A stretch of 56,251 nucleotides of DNA, the filler included, from Squatina squatina (Eukaryota), in NCBI GenBank assembly GCA_031763465.1. It is 3 parts of 3 records of this genome, joined end to end, with 100 filler letters (N's around TTAATTAATTAA, not from the genome) between each part and the next. Parts side by side here need not be neighbours in the genome. Positions count along the whole stretch, not along the records: positions 1 to 20,028 come from JARFOE010000100.1; positions 20,129 to 37,015 come from JARFOE010000115.1; 1 more part is not named here. The stretch is one strand, 5' to 3'. Shown here piece after piece: positions 12,323 to 23,922 of this stretch. A program made the position numbers and the translations under genes. Numbering within the stretch: the stretch's first letter is position 1; every line of letters begins with the position of its first letter. The notes below the pieces were generated by a model. That model made no database searches and was not told where the DNA came from. It saw only the letters and a list, made by a program, of their open reading frames with translations.

Positions 12323-13519
12323 GTGAGTGCTGACAGTTTTGTACACATGTGCAGAGCCTTTCCTGAATGTGATTTGCAGACTTCTATGTATTTTTCTTCC
12401 TCCTACTGTTTTTTATGTCACATTCTAGTCCCTGGGCCATGAAGAAGCATAGGCAAAGTGCTGTCTGCACCAATCTGCAACTGGTCACTAGTGGGTCCAT
12501 GAGATTGGTCCAGAGTGAGTCTCCATCCAAGTTTCCTTCCGTTGCCATGGACCAGCACCTGGGCTGCATTCTGCACCTCCACCAGGTAACATTACTGAGG
12601 TTAAGAATATATTGTCTGTGGAAGCATGGAATCCGTAGGTGTGAACCCATGTTCTGTCACTCGACGGTGCATTGTCCCCTTGCTTTATTCTTTTCATGGG
12701 GATGTACTGAATTGCCCTGCTACAACAACAACTTGCATTTATATAGAGCCTTTAATGTAGTAAAACACCCCAGGGGGCACTACAGAAAAGGTGTTTGAAT
12801 CAGTCAGCTGTCATCTCATGTAGTCTGTTGGGNNNNNNNNNNNNNNNNNNNNNNNNNNNNNNNNNNNNNNNNNNNNNNNNNNNNNNNNNNNNNNNNNNNN
12901 NNNNNNNNNNNNNNNNNNNNNNNNNNNNNNNNAATGATAATTAGCTGTATTGCTATATGGAACCCCTGGCAATGATACAGCATTCCACTTCTGTACAGGT
13001 GGGCATTGTGCACTGCCATTTAACCATTTGGGTAAATACATTGATGGTGACTGCAACAAATTTAACTTTATAACATATCCACTGTCAAGAGATATTGAGA
13101 GCAAAGCAGGAACAATGCAACTTGCTCTTGGTAGATTTACAGTATAATGTACTACCATTATTTTCAGTTAGAGAAAAATATCTACTGGAGTCATCTTGTG
13201 ACCCAATCAACTGAAACAAATGAGCATCTAACTTGAGCAGGAGGCAACTGTAACAATCCCTTAATTACAAAATGCCTTATAAAGGCATTACTGACCCAGA
13301 TCAAACAGCATTGCCCTCAGTGTACCATCAGTCCTTAAGGTCCCAAACTACACCTTAATCAATATTCTAAGTTCAGGTCATGCCGAATTCATGGTTGAAG
13401 GAGGAAAGCATGTTGGTAGAGAGACAGTGAGTGATGTTGATAAAGGGTAGGATTTTGCAATAACAGATTATTAATTTATCTTCTTAAAGTGACCTTATAT
13501 CTGTCTTTTGCCTTTACAG

Positions 13520-13689
13520 ACACTACTAGAGACCACAACCAACCTCCTGAACCATGACCTCCATTGGTCACTCTGCAACCTTCGTGGAGCTGTTAGCAGG
13601 GGTCTGAACCCCAAACAGGAACACTGCAGTGTCTGCCTGCAGCAGTACAAAAGGAGGCAAGAAGGCACAGAGGAAGTCATCGTTTTCAG
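13520..13689 (+). CDS. VPS8: VPS8 exon, start of the RING-H2 finger
   Basis: tacag|ACA...AG|gtgagt. Translates TLLETTTNLLNHDLHWSLCNLRGAVSRGLNPKQEHCSVCLQQYKRRQEGTEEVIVF(S). Confidence 0.95.
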
Positions 13690-15286
13690 GTGAGTGCAAC
13701 CTGCTGTTGGGCAGTTTGTAATTGCCACATACAGCCTTTTACTAATCCATGTCCATTGAGTGCTTCTTTAATACTTTGTTATTTCTCAAAGAATTACCTT
13801 TTGGATAGTCTATTCCCTTGTTTTTCATGTTTTCCTTTCCATGACATTCAATTTTGCACTGACAACCAGAAGTGAAATGGTTGAATAGTGATGATAAAAA
13901 ACAGCGGCTGAAATTCCGTTCGAAGCCTTCCCGCGGACACAGGCCTCTGACCGGAAAGATCCAATCGAACTTACCTGGTGGTTTAGAAGGTTCGCAGCCT
14001 TGCGTTCCTGGACTTCTACAGGAGTGTAGGTGGAGCGGCCCGGGGATCTCTCCAGCGTATGCAATTCGCCTACACTGCTGGGATCACGTGCAAGGCCCCA
14101 ACCAATCAGGTAGGAGTATCTCTGATTCATACTTCTGCAGATTTCTGTCGTTTATAGAGATTTGTAGAAGTTTGAAAAGGAGATAATAAAACTGCACAAT
14201 CGCATAAAAATACATTTTAAAAACTGCTGAAACATTCAAATTTAATAGAATATGTATAATTNNNNNNNNNNNNNNNNNNNNNNNNNNNNNNNNNNNNNNN
14301 NNNNNNNNNNNNNNNNNNNNNNNNNNNNNNNNNNNNNNNNNNNNNNNNNNNNNNNNNNNNNATAAGCAAAAGAGATAGCCATTTTACACCCAACAACATT
14401 CCACAAACCGTAATGAGACAAATGTTTTTAGTAGTGTTGGTTGAGGGAGGAATGTTAGCCAGGACACTCTAAGAACTCTTCTTGAAATAGTATCATGGCA
14501 TCTTTCACGTCTACTTGAACAACCAGACAGCTTTGGTTTAACATCGCACCTGAAGGTTGTCGCCTCTAGCAATGCAACGCTCGCTTAACACTGAACTTGA
14601 GAGTTAGCCTAGATGAAATGCTCAATCTTAGAATAGTGCTTGGGTGCATACTGTAGCCAAGTAGTTATAATATTGGATTAGCAACCCAGGCATTGGGAGT
14701 TCAGATCTCACCATAGCAGGATCTGGTAGTGTAAGACAACATGAATAAGAAATCTGCTGGGTGCCAATCTGGCCTACAGGTGATTCCAGTCCCATATTAT
14801 GTGGTTGACTCAATGCCCTCAGAGCAACCAGGGATGTGCAATAAAATTCTGCTTTTATGGTGTCGTCCACATCTCAAGAATAAATAAACACTCCTGTTCC
14901 TCAGCCCACAAGGAAAATTGAAAATTTTAAATGAACTGGCCAGGTTTACTTGATGAGGGCAGCACCAAGCACCAACCTAACAACGCAAAGTAAACATAGC
15001 ATTGGGGTCTGATTGATGGCTTTTGAATCATAAATGAGGCCCTTGTTTGCCTGGGTCGAGGGCCCCACCCACAGCTCGGAACAGACCTGTTAAAATACAT
15101 GGGCCGTGGGCAAAGCGTGGATCTGGTGAGTGCCACATTACCAATATTTTAATCCCTGCACACCCTATTCTTATTGGACGTAGGGGTTTAAAATTGGGGC
15201 TTCTGTGTTTCACAAACAGTTGTCCGTGAACTGGCCACCAGCCAGCGATAAGGAGCCCTGTTAATCTCTGTTTCTTTCACTTTCAG

Positions 15287-15455
15287 CTGTGGCCATATTT
15301 ATCACTCACAGTGTCTCCAGAGTAAAGACTGTGGGGTTCAAACCGAAGGACAGACCAGATGGACCTGCTACAAGTGCAACTCTAGTAATAAAGGGGGAAG
15401 ACACAGAGATTTGGGATCAGAAGTCAACAAGGGTAGAAGCACTTCCCTGGCACAG
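15287..15455 (+). CDS. VPS8: VPS8 exon completing the RING-H2 finger
   Basis: ttcag|C TGT...CAG|gtaagg, phase-compatible with the previous exon. Translates CGHIYHSQCLQSKDCGVQTEGQTRWTCYKCNSSNKGGRHRDLGSEVNKGRSTSLAQ. Not in the ORF track. Confidence 0.93.
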
Positions 15456-16129
15456 GTAAGGTGCTATAGAACAAGCCTTAGATACTAACCCCACCAGCAA
15501 CCATGCCCCATATGATGTACTATTGCTTACATCACTAGTGAGTGGAATCTGTTTTTTGACAGTATTTATACCATAGCAGAATTGTTCAGTTCAACATAAT
15601 AACCAAAGTGCAATCTGAACATCGCATCTCCAAGCCTAGATGCTCCCCCTTAATTGCATAATGTAGATGCTGAGCTCCTTATAAAAATGAGCTGGGGATC
15701 AGTCCTGTCACAGACCCCTAATCTGAGCTCTTCTCATGTCTCTGCAGCAAGTGACGCAGTGAATCCTTTCCATTCCCAACTGGAACATTTTCCTGTTTTA
15801 ATCTGAAGCAATTANNNNNNNNNNNNNNNNNNNNNNNNNNNNNNNNNNNNNNNNNNNNNNNNNNNNNNNNNNNNNNNNNNNNNNNNNNNNNNNNNNNNNN
15901 NNNNNNNNNNNNNNGGACAAATTATTAGGTCTCACCAAATAACAGTTTAATTGTCCATTTTATAACTGAGAAAGGCTTGAATGATCCCTGTGTTTTTGGC
16001 TTCTTCAACACAGTGATACAAAATACTGAAGACATTTTCAATTTATCTTGGAATTTGCAAGCTTTAGTTGACTCTGTTTCATCAGGGATTGACAAAGACA
16101 CCAGGAAAATCCTTTCTCGCTGCTTTAGC

Positions 16130-16693
16130 TCAGACAGTTGTTTCAATTTTTTCAATAATTTCCACAGTGGATTGGGAAGGAGAAAGCAAAGCACAATCAT
16201 CCTGATCCCACTGGCTCTCTGGACTAGAGTCATCATCTGAGCTCAACTCATCTTCATCCTCATCCTCCTCTGTGTCTTCATCACATGATTCTGGGTAGTG
16301 CAACCCTAATGCATTTATCCCAGAATCCTCTGAGGCAGATGGTGAAGAGCAGTGGTTCATCTGTGGTGCTGGTACCTTGTCTGCCATAGTTGGACCCTTT
16401 GGACTGACTGAGGTAGCCTGACTAAAGTTATCTCCAACCTGTGGGTCGTGCACAGTGGGAGCTGGTTGAGGCTGACGCTGAACATAGCACATCTTGCCAT
16501 TAATCCTTTTGACCCGATAGTTGTCAACAAAAAGTTTGGAAATAGTGCAGTACCTTGGTGTATCTGGTGTGAACGGAGGCCTGAGGAAAGGAGCAGTCCG
16601 TAGAAAACGTTCCACCAGGGAGATGGACAGTTGGACGGTATCTGTATGGCTGCTTGTGCTGGCCGGGATTGAAGTGCTTGGTATATGTTCTAC
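16130..16693 (-). CDS. C3orf70: C3orf70 homolog (UPF0524), last coding exon, 5' part lost in the gap
   Basis: VEHIPSTSIP...PRYCTISKLFVDNYRVKRINGKMCYVQ...HCSSPSASEDSGINALGLHYPESCDEDTEE...EIIEKIETTV* matches C3orf70. Convergent with VPS8 as in human 3q27. Confidence 0.93.
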   Translation of the reverse strand, partial: VEHIPSTSIPASTSSHTDTVQLSISLVERFLRTAPFLRPPFTPDTPRYCTISKLFVDNYRVKRINGKMCYVQRQPQPAPTVHDPQVGDNFSQATSVSPKGPTMADKVPAPQMNHCSSPSASEDSGINALGLHYPESCDEDTEEDEDEDELSSDDDSSPESQWDQDDCALLSPSQSTVEIIEKIETTV

Positions 16694-16794
16694 ANNNNNN
16701 NNNNNNNNNNNNNNNNNNNNNNNNNNNNNNNNNNNNNNNNNNNNNNNNNNNNNNNNNNNNNNNNNNNNNNNNNNNNNNNNNNNNNNNNNNNNNN

Positions 16795-17750
16795 TTTGTG
16801 TCGTCAGCAAACTTGGATACATTACGTTTGGTCCCCTCATCCAAAGCATTGATATATATTGTGAATAGCTGGGGCCCAAGCACTGATCCTTGTGGTACCC
16901 CATTAGTCACAGCCTGCTAACTTGAAAATGACCCGTTTATTCCTACTCTTTTTCTGTCTGTTAACCAATCCTCAATCCATGCTAGTATATTACCCCCAAT
17001 CCCATGAGCCCTAATTGGGTTTAATAATTTCTTGTGTGGCACCTTATCGAATACCTTCTGANNNNNNNNNNCCACTGGTTCTGCCTTATTTATTCTGCTA
17101 GTTACAACCTCAAAAAACTCTAAAAGATTTCCCTTTCATAAATCTGTGTTGACTCTGCTCAATCCGATTTGTTATTTTCTAAGTGCCCTGTTACCACATC
17201 CTTAATAATTCAAGCATTTTCCCTACTATTGATGTCAGTCAGGCTAATTGGCCTGTAGTTTCCCATTTTCTCTCTCCTTCCTTTCTTAAATAGTGGGGTT
17301 ACATATCTTCCAATCTGCGGGAACCATTCTAGAATCTATGGAATTTTGGAAGATGACCACTATGCATCCACTATCTCTGTAGTCACCTCTTTCAAAATCC
17401 TAGGATGTAGGCCATTAGGTCCAGGGGATTTATCGGCTCAGTCCCATTAATTTCTCCAGTTTTTTTTAAACTAATACTAATTTCTTTCAGTTCCTCATTC
17501 TCGATAGACCTTTGGTACTCCATTATTTCCGGGAGGTTTTTCGTGTCTTATTCTATGAAGACAGACACAAAGTATTTGTTTAATTTCTCTGCCATTTCCT
17601 TATTCCCCATTATAATAATTTCTCCAGTCTTAGCCTGTAAGGGACACACATTTACTTTCACTAATCTTTTACTTGTTACATACCTATAGAAGCTTTTACA
17701 GCCTGTTTTTATGCCTCACTAGTTTACTCTCATTCTATTTTCCTTTTCTT
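16795..17750 (-). mobile_element. CR1 LINE ORF2 (RT) fragment
   Basis: [40 protein letters not shown] motifs with degenerate upstream ORF2. Confidence 0.88.
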
Positions 17751-17754
17751 TGAG

Positions 17755-18273
17755 GGGTAAGGTGGTGTGCCACTCACTGCAAAATACCCAGTCTTTGACC
17801 TGCCCTTGTAACTACAGTGCTTACTTGGCTGGTCCAGTTAAGTTTCTGGTCCATGGTGACTCCCCAGGATGTTGATGGGGGATTTGACGATGGTAATGGC
17901 ATTGAATGTCAAGGGGAGGTGGTTAAACTCTCTTTTTTGGAGCTGATCATTGCCTGGCACTTGTGTGGTCCGAATGTTAGTTTCCACTTATCAGCCCAAG
18001 CCTGGATGTTGTCTAGGTCTTGCTGGATGCGGTCATGGACTGCTTCATTATCTGAGGAATTGCGAATGTTACTGAACAGCATGCAATCATCAGTTAACAT
18101 CCCCACTTCTGACCTTATGATGGAGGGATGGTCATTGCTGAAGATGGTTGTGCCAGCCCCTGATCCCCATTGAATTCAATTTTACTGGGGCTCCTTGGTG
18201 CCACACTCAGTCAAATGCTGCCTTGATGTCAAGGGAAGTCACTCTCGCCTCACCTCTGGAATTCAGCTCTTTT
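17755..18273 (-). mobile_element. CR1-group LINE RT fragment (second family)
   Basis: MLTDDCMLFSNIRNSSDNEAVHDRIQQDLDNIQAWADKWKLTFGPHKCQAM. Confidence 0.8.
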
Positions 18274-18373
18274 NNNNNNNNNNNNNNNNNNNNNNNNNNN
18301 NNNNNNNNNNNNNNNNNNNNNNNNNNNNNNNNNNNNNNNNNNNNNNNNNNNNNNNNNNNNNNNNNNNNNNNNN

Positions 18374-19110
18374 ACCATCGCACAGTCCATGTGGAGACAA
18401 AGCCCCGTCTTCACACCGAGGGCACCCTCCATCGTGGTGTGTGGCACTACCGCTGTACTAAATGGGATAGCTTCAGAACACATCTAACAGGTCAAAACTG
18501 GGCATCCAGTGCTGTGAGCCATCAGCAACAACAGAATTGTATTCCACCACAATCTGTAACCTCATGGGCTGACATATCCTTCACTCTACTGTTACTGTCA
18601 AACCAAGCCAGGCTCAATGAGGAATGCAGAAGAGCATGCCAGGAGCTGCACCAGGTGTACCTGAAAATCAGTTACCAAATTGGTGAAGCTACAACTGGAC
18701 TACATGCATGTTAAACAGCGAAGTCAGCATGCCAAACACAGAGTTAAGCGATTCCTCAATCAATGGATCAGTTCAAAGCTCTGCAGTCCTGTCACATCCA
18801 GTCATGAATGGTGATGGCCAATTAAACAACTAGCAGGAGGAGCAGGCTCTATGAACTGCCCCATCCTCAATGATGGTGGAAACCAGCAGGTGAATGCAAA
18901 AGACAAGGCTGATGCCTTCACAATCATTCTCAGCCACAAGTGCCGAGTGGATGATGCATCTCGGCCTGCTCCTGAGGTCCCCTGCATCACAGAAGCCAGT
19001 CTTGAGCCAATTTGCTTCACTCCATGTGATATCAAGAATAATGGAGCAAAGTGGATACAGTAAAGGCTATGGGACTCGACAATATCCTGGCTGTAAAGCT
19101 GAAGACCATT
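18374..19110 (+). mobile_element. CR1-group LINE ORF2 fragment (endonuclease-RT linker)
   Basis: Degenerate HRTVHVETK...VWHY...WDSFRT...PILNDGG...AKDKADAF...SHKCRVDD...KAMGLDNI. Confidence 0.75.
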
Positions 19111-19260
19111 AAGGCATCGTTCTGCAATTCTGTTCTATCACAAGTGAAGCGCATGACTTGCATCAGAAAAGCCCAAGCACAAGCTTTAGGCTTAAAAAAA
19201 AATTCAGTATTAACTTTGTTCACCCAACAATTTTACTGAATGTGCTGTATATTCTAACAG

Positions 19261-19410
19261 GTGTGGGCATTGTCAGAGACTTCAGGCAACGTGGAATGAA
19301 CTAGGGGACAAGTACAACAACATGGATAAACCTCCAGCAAATGTAGCTAAAGTTGACTGCACCAAAGATACACAGACCTGTTCAGATCATGGAGTCCGTG
19401 GATATCCTAC
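19261..19410 (+). CDS. TXNDC5: TXNDC5 (ERp46)-like exon with the first thioredoxin CGHC active site
   Basis: ctaacag|G TGT GGG CAT TGT...CCT AC|gtaagt, 150 nt. Translates (W)[49 protein letters not shown](T). Not in the ORF track. Confidence 0.85.
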
Positions 19411-20072
19411 GTAAGTGGGGAGTTTTGGGTTGGGTACCTTTCATTGAAAATGTTTTTAAACATCACACAGGTCTGGGAGGGGTGAGTCACCTATGCAAAG
19501 ACATTCTCAGCCTACTGGTACTTGCTGGTAGTCTGTACTCTCTGAAGATGTATACTGCCAGCAACATGCAAGATGTATTCATTTTGGACCTTGGCTTTGA
19601 TTTGGTGGGAGAGGGATTCATCTTGTGTAAGAATCTGGTGTTTTAGTTTTGTCATAATGAATGTGGGTGTATATTAAGTCTGTCGTTACAAAACTTTATT
19701 CCTGGTCCGAAATTGTTTACTGCAACCATACCGACAAATTCGTAGAACTAATAAAACCAAATGATAGACTGATACAATGTGCTGTTGGATGCAGTGTATT
19801 CTGCAAATATTTATCCTTTGTACTGTCTGCAGATCCAGAGCGATGATACACAGTGATGTGGAAACATACTTTTGTCACAGTAGTAAAGCTTCTATGATGT
19901 GAGGTGCAGCGTCATTACTGCAGTCTTAACTGTAAACAGCTAAACTGTGCAGACTACAGAATGCTGCGGTACAGAGGGATTGGGGTGTCCTCGTACATGA
20001 AGCACAAAAAGTTAGCATGCATGTGCAGNNNNNNNNNNNNNNNNNNNNNNNNNNNNNNNNNNNNNNNNNNNN

Positions 20073-20084
20073 TTAATTAATTAA
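20073..20084. other. Artificial scaffold spacer TTAATTAATTAA (six-frame stop) within a 44N+12+44N gap
   Basis: Palindromic 12-mer with stops in all six frames, centred in an exactly 100-bp spacer. Confidence 0.9.
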
Positions 20085-20164
20085 NNNNNNNNNNNNNNNN
20101 NNNNNNNNNNNNNNNNNNNNNNNNNNNNTAACAAGAGTGGTACATTCCTATATTAGAACTATTC

Positions 20165-20560
20165 ATAGAATGATAGAGCACAGAAGGAGGCCTGTCGGCC
20201 CGCTGTATCTGTGTCATCTCCTTGAAAGAGCTGTCAAATTGGTCCCAGTCCTTTGCTCTTTCCTCATAGCCCTACAATTTGCTTTTCTTTTCAAGTATTT
20301 ATCCATTGCCTTTTGAAAGTTACTATTGTCTCTGCTTCCACCAACCTTTCAGGCAGTGCATTCTCGATCATCATAACTCACTGCATAAAAACAATTCTCC
20401 TCATCTTGCCCTGGTTCTTTTGCCAATTATCCTAAATCTGTATACTTTAGTTACTGACCTTCCTGTCAGTGGAAACAGTTTCGTTCTACTGTATCAAAAA
20501 CCTTCATAAATTCTGAATACCTCTATTAAATATCCCCTTAACCTTCTCTACTCTGAGGAG
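20165..20560 (-). mobile_element. CR1 LINE 3' end
   Basis: Reverse-complement CR1 tail (AGCACAGAAGGAGGCC...TTGAAAGTTACTATTG...CTTTCAGGCAG). Related copy at about 38310-38489. Confidence 0.75.
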
Positions 20561-20903
20561 AACTACTGTCGTTAGTCACATAAAAAGGTGACTGCTGTTG
20601 AGCAACTAAGGCTTTGCAAATTTTGGTCTATAATTGGCTGCTGGGTGGGATGAGGCAATCGTTGCTGACAGGCCCTCCAGTTTTCTTTCATTGCCTGTAA
20701 GTGTGCAACATCTGCTAAACACAAACACTATGTGAGGGTTCTTGGGTGTAAAGGTGTGCTATGCAATGCCAGTTCAGACAGTTTCTAAAACTAGATTTTT
20801 ATCTCCTGTAGTTAGTGTACCAAATGAAAATTTCCCTTTGATTATATTTCTATTAGTTTAGATTTTGGCTTATACACATCATTTGCTGTAATTCATTCAC
20901 TAA

Positions 20904-21275
<372 letters not shown>

Positions 21276-21319
21276 TTATGTGAAAGTTTCAGTTTCTAAC
21301 TCTGGTTATACTTTTTTCT

Positions 21320-21578
21320 TTATTTGTTCCTGGGCGTCACTGGCAAGGCCAGCATTTATTGCTCATCCCTATTGCCCTAGAGAAGGTGGTGATGAGTCAC
21401 TTTCTTGAACTGCTGCAGTCCTTGTGGTGACTTTTTGTAGCGGTTGTTTACAACTGAATGGCTTGCTAGGCCATTTCAGAGGGATAAGAGTCAACCACAT
21501 TGCTGTGGATCTGGAGTCACACATAGGCCAGACCAGGTAAGGATGGCAGATTCCCTTCCCTAAAGGACATTAGTGAAC
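21320..21578 (-). mobile_element. tRNA-derived SINE, second family (3' part)
   Basis: GGCGTCACTGGCAAGGCCAGCATTTATTGC...AGTCAACCACATTGCTGTGGATCTGGAGTCAC. Same family at about 1295-1385, 39350-39535 and 52935-53212. Confidence 0.7.
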
Positions 21579-23644
21579 NNNNNNNNNNNNNNNNNNNNNN
21601 NNNNNNNNNNNNNNNNNNNNNNNNNNNNNNNNNNNNNNNNNNNNNNNNNNNNNNNNNNNNNNNNNNNNNNNNNNNNNNCACTGGACTTTCCACTTTTGGC
21701 GAAAGCGTGGCCCATATATTTGAACTTTTAAATACTAAGAGAGAAATTCAATACAATAAGGGATTAGCATGCAAAGACACACATTTTGTGATAAATGATG
21801 TGCCTGGAATTTTTAGTATCCGCTTATCCTGCAATTCATGACTGGTATCATGCCAAGAAATGGGTTGGTCCTGTCTGTCATGATGAGTCATTCAGTTACC
21901 ACTGCACATTTTACTCACAGCAGTCTGCCACAATTGCTCCCCCACCCCCACCGTTCCCTCTTCCAAAGGTTATAACTGATTAATGGGTGTCCTTTGAAGC
22001 TGACGACTCTCTCTTATCCCCGGAGTTCCCATCCGGCCCACATTGCTGGCAGTTTCGCTTCCTGAGATCCTTATGCCTATCTTCTATCACAATGGAAGAA
22101 CTGCCTCATTTTAGTGTTGCTGGTAAAGAGCTGAAAAGAACATGATTTCTGTCTGGTAGCACAAGCAGTACTCAATGACATCCCAACGAGGCAGTTGGAG
22201 GATCCTGTTCCAGGGCTGCCCGGAATCAAAATACCTGCTGTTGGGTGTTAAAACAACATCTGAGCTGTCTCGTCACAATGCATCTCAGGAGAGGGTTTCC
22301 AAAACAAAAACTAACACATAAAGCTAATCCTGGCTGCAGGTCTGTGTTCTGTTGGACAATCACACTGTAACACAGTGCCAGTCCTGGAGCAATCTGCAAC
22401 CTGGACTATCCCAGCCTTGGAGCTCACACAGGCCACATGGTAGTAAGTGCTTCCGAGAGTCCAACACAGAGCAAAACCTAAATGAAGAATAAGTAACCGA
22501 GAGCAGTTACTTAATTTAAAAAGAAAATAATTGGATTCTTTCTCTTCACCATAAATTGGCTCATGCATACGGACATACTCTGTTTCTCAGTGAATATGGC
22601 ACTGTTTTTATTATTTTATTCAGCAGCATATGTGACAAGAAGAGTGGTGTTTCATTATATCTTTACATGAGACAGGGATTGTAATGAAGTCAACTACCAG
22701 GAAGAAGAGAGTTTTATTGAGAAATAATGCATTCTGATTTAATGAGTGTCAACAATCCTGTATAGACATAGAGGTAGAGATTTTTTTGATTACCCTTGAA
22801 GATGAGGGAATATTTCTGCAAAGTTTTACCTTGAGATTTAATAGGTGAGGCAGATTCCATGATAGGGTAGGTTGTAAATATTCTATGGAAGTAGTGGGTT
22901 TAATGGGCTAAATGGCTTTTTTAAAGTAACAAACAGCATAAATCTGCCCTCCATATTACTTGCTACAATATATTTCCTATTATAGAGTCAAATTTATGAT
23001 ATTCCAGCTCAGGCATTGAAAACATCGAACAACTGAAGGTGAGCTCATTAAAAACAGGATAGCTGGTCCNNNNNNNNNNNNNNNNNNNNNNNNNNNNNNN
23101 NNNNNNNNNNNNNNNNNNNNNNNNNNNNNNNNNNNNNNNNNNNNNNNNNNNNNNNNNNNNNNNNNNNNNATGGAGCGGATATGTGTTTGAAAGTTCAGCT
23201 CAGGGTCAAGTACGACACCAAGGTTGTGAATGGTCTGAAGCCTCAGACAATTGCCAGCGAGAGGGATTTTCTCCCGATTTTCATTTTCAATTATGTCAAA
23301 GGAGAGATGTATAACAGGCGACTGGTACGATATTACTCGTTTTACTCTATCGCCCAAATTGACTCTCAGTGTTTCAATATGTGCACTGTGCAACATTGGG
23401 GTCAATTTTAACCCTACCCCCCTGGCGGAAAGCAGGCTGGTGGGCAGTTATGAAAGAGGGCTTTACTTACCCACTCGTAATGCAACCTTTTCCCAATGTT
23501 GGCCATTTTAACCTACAGAGTTCAGTGGGTGGATTAAACGGCCCCCTAAAGCAGGTGGGAGCCTCTTGAATTTACTTAGGAGTAAATTTACTTAGGAAGG
23601 GTGAGCTAATAGAAGCCATTAAAATTAGAAAAGGNNNNNNNNNN

Positions 23645-23922
23645 GTCACCAAGTAATCCAATAGGGAATTCAAAAGAACCTTCTTTACCCAAAGAGTGGT
23701 GAGAATGTGGAACTCACTACCACAGGGAGTGGTTGAAGCGAACAGTATAGATGCATTTAAGTGTAGGCTAGACAAGCATGTGAAGGAGAAGGGAATAGAG
23801 GGTTATGCTGATAGATTTAGATGAGGAAAGAGTGGAGAAGGCTCGAGTGGAGCATAAACGTCAGCATGGACCGGTTGGGCCGAATGGCCTGTTTCTGTGC
23901 TGTATATCCTGTGTAATCCTAT
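23645..23922 (+). mobile_element. CR1 LINE 3' end
   Basis: Highly similar to 7743-8010, with tail GGGCCGAATGGCCTGTTTCTGTGCTGTA. Confidence 0.85.

Noticed and set aside
16130-16903. 257-aa ORF as one protein (apparent LINE-C3orf70 fusion)
   Set aside because: The ORF reads through an N gap. The part beyond the gap is out-of-frame CR1 sequence from another contig.
19900-19970. Imperfect hairpin (GCAGC..CTGCAGTCT / AGACTACAGAATGCTGC) as a miRNA or snoRNA
   Set aside because: The pairing is short and bulged, there is no recognisable mature sequence, and no complete C/D box pair.
20073-20084. TTAATTAATTAA as a biological palindrome or homeobox site
   Set aside because: Centred in Ns in an exact 100-bp spacer and repeated identically at 37060, so it is artificial.
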